Source: Selaginella moellendorffii (taxonomy: Eukaryota; Plantae; Lycopodiophyta). From it: a DNA stretch of 64,000 nucleotides. The stretch covers positions 143,007 through 207,006 of the forward strand of contig NW_003314406.1 of the NCBI RefSeq assembly GCF_000143415.4. The letters are read 5' to 3'. The notes beneath the pieces were generated by a model that worked only from the letters and a program-made list of their open reading frames with translations, made no database searches and was not told where the DNA came from. Below are positions 62,985 to 64,000 of this stretch, in pieces. The translations under genes were made by a program, and so were the position numbers. Each line of letters begins with the position of its first letter. Within the stretch, counting starts at the first letter, position 1.

Positions 62985-64000
62985 TGTAGCGCACCTAAAT
63001 TTGAAGCCGAACTCCAAGCCTGTTGTGCTACGAAACGAAGGTCTGGTACAATCCCACGAGCACCAGCTCCCCGTATTCAGCACCTGCATGCAAAATGGTG
63101 TCAGACGAGTCTGGCACAATTTTGGCATACCGGTGGCTTAACACAAGGAGGAGGGTACCCCATCGACTAGAGCAGTGTGGAGCTTGGGCTTAGACCCAAG
63201 CCAGACGCAAAATAAGGAGGGACACAGCCCAACAGGAGCCAAACTAATGTCTCAAGTGGTCGGACATGCATTCCACCCATTATCCCTACTATACATTTGG
63301 AAACCCCTATAACCCCCTCGCCTTTGAGGAACACACGCTTTGGGCTTTCACCCCAAGCCTCCCTTAGTACCAGGAGTTAGTCTCTGGGACAAGTCTGAAA
63401 CTTACTAAATATGGAATGTCCTTAGATTGTGAATTTGGACACAGGACGAACACCATTGTATTCAGGCCACTCTATAGATATGCCAAATGAGAAAATCTAG
63501 ACACTTTCCATAAATAGCATTTGGAACCAAAATGAGACTAATACAAAGGGCATGATAGCGAGGGTGTTTGGCAGACATGGTAAGCTATCATCTAGCAAAT
63601 ATTGAGGCACTAGTCTCAATATCACAGGGGTTCCCAACACTAGCAAGTGCAAGTCAACAAATGAGTTTCTCTAACCAGGTCAAGTATGCTTGACAGATAG
63701 CATGTAGGAATTCCGTCCTTATGCTCATCTGGTCAAGTGCACACACAATGACTAGTTTCTCAACTAGCTTGAGTGGAGACCATAAAAGGGACTAGTAGTA
63801 CCGACCTCCTGCCATCATGGTAGTAAGGAAAGAGTGTCCGTAAGGACTGGCCGACAAGTATCTTTCAATACCCGAAGTTATATTCGCGACACTCTCCCCC
63901 CCTTGGGGAAGATCGATGTCCTCGTCGATGCATACCCAAGTCTAGCAAACCGTCAAGGAAACAACTCCGAAAGTTAATAAAAAGCATACTATGTTGGAAA
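62985..64000 (-). mobile_element. LTR family D element, 3' LTR (62985-63891) and PPT; continues beyond window
   Basis: TG..CA ends, PPT complement CTCTCCCCCC at 63892; reverse-complement similarity to 15934-16520 and 19700-19850. Confidence 0.8.

Overview
This is eukaryotic land-plant DNA, most likely a Selaginella-type lycophyte. That assignment is inferred from introns of about 46-60 nt, a flagellar kinesin-9/KIF6 gene, PLS-class PPR fragments, CCCTAAA telomeric repeats and a Penelope-like element. The first 12 kb hold a decayed Penelope-like retroelement with an adjacent hammerhead ribozyme, an apparently intact KIF6 gene, and a patchwork of host-gene fragments (PPR, DENN, FGAM synthase). 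The rest is a deeply nested transposon stack. An old chromodomain Ty3/gypsy element (21428 to ~62984) hosts two LARD-like elements, a chimeric gypsy/TRIM insert, one full 5S-rRNA-bearing Cassandra-like TRIM plus three solo LTRs, a compact gypsy element and a 13.3-kb TIR DNA transposon. The strongest candidate for an undescribed system is that DNA transposon (32188-45522). It pairs a Sola-like DDD transposase with a divergently transcribed multi-exon cargo gene (ParB-like + degenerate N4/N6-methyltransferase-like + acidic + FCP1/HAD phosphatase-like). About 29 copies of a 22-bp palindrome (ATGGCGTGAGGCCTCACGCCAT consensus) lie along it in introns, UTRs and even codons, and none were seen outside it. 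The second highlight is a pair of GT-AG spliceosomal-type introns interrupting the integrase of the host gypsy element. All family assignments come from motif recognition by eye, not database searches.
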